A stretch of 64,000 nt of DNA, taken from Mytilus trossulus (Eukaryota). A model generated the notes under the pieces. The model was not told where the DNA came from. It ran no database searches and saw only the letters and a list, made by a program, of their open reading frames with translations. The DNA is taken from assembly GCF_036588685.1 (NCBI RefSeq), contig NC_086374.1, forward strand, positions 90,396,001-90,460,000, read 5' to 3'. The stretch's first letter is position 1; the number at the start of each line of letters is the position of its first letter. The translations under genes and the position numbers were made by a program. Shown here in pieces: positions 63,220 to 64,000 of this stretch.

Positions 63220-64000
63220 TACAGTCAACTCTCGTTAACTTAAATCTGACAAGATAGTGACAAAAAATTTGAATGAACTGAAGTTTGACTCATGGGTTGC
63301 TGGTTGGATATCAAGGGGAGACAATTTAAATTGGCACATAATAAAACCTGTTGAGTATCCTGTTGACATGTACTTTGTTATAGTGGACATAGATTCAAAG
63401 AATGTTTTTTTTTATTTCAGGGGAAGTTTATGTTTTCTGTATATCTCAAAACTCTTTATTTTTTTAACATTTGGTAACTTTTTATCTTTTTTAACAGACT
63501 ATAACAATGGACTAGTAAAACATTGAATACATCAAAAACATCTAAAACATATCAGCACAGTAACAGGAAATGTAATTTGATATAAAGAAACATCTGTATG
63601 CCTTTGAGAGTCACTTATTCTATTGTCACATATGGCTAATCATTAGTTCTTTTCAATTCAATAGTTAATAAAAGTTTTCTCAGACATTAACAGCTTTTAT
63701 TGGGTATGATGACCTCAACATAAGAGTATTACTTTTCCCAAAAATTTTATTATACTTTTTTTATGAACCCATGTTGTTCCATTTCAGAACATTAAAAGGG
63801 TTTGGCAATCAAAGGAATATTAAGTGTAACAATGTTCATGTGTGACTGAATTTGAAGTCTCATTGGTGTCTGTGTTCAAGGTTATATCTCATAGTGTTTG
63901 TCCTTCATGTAATTTCATATTTGTTGTAGATCTTTCATTGTCTCTTTATTTTCAATCACAACTTTTTCTGAATAGTGTCATGTTTACCATCACCTTATTT

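Overview
AT-rich eukaryotic genomic DNA. The repeat families and gene content suggest a bivalve mollusc, probably Mytilus (inference). The window has three parts. (1) A complete 8-exon NEK6/NEK7-family kinase gene on + (1444-10121) with a polyQ C-terminal tail and probably a long 3' UTR. (2) A head-to-tail cluster of six TRIM/RBCC E3-ligase genes on - (17.2-46.9 kb) with uninterrupted coding regions: four RING-Bbox1-Bbox2-coiled-coil only, two with an added NHL-type beta-propeller. (3) The last 10 coding exons of the splicing factor XAB2/SYF1 on - (51096-63138). Introns and spacers are packed with non-autonomous DNA transposons (hAT-like with 8-bp TSDs, TTAA/Kolobok-like, TA-MITEs, Helentron-type HINEs, a TACGG-ended foldback element), Penelope-like RT remnants and minisatellites. 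The most unusual pattern is that exon-intron junctions of both conserved genes were tandemly duplicated at least three separate times, always out of frame (periods 77, 53 and 107 bp), leaving intact competing splice sites. Family assignments are from recalled motifs, not database searches.
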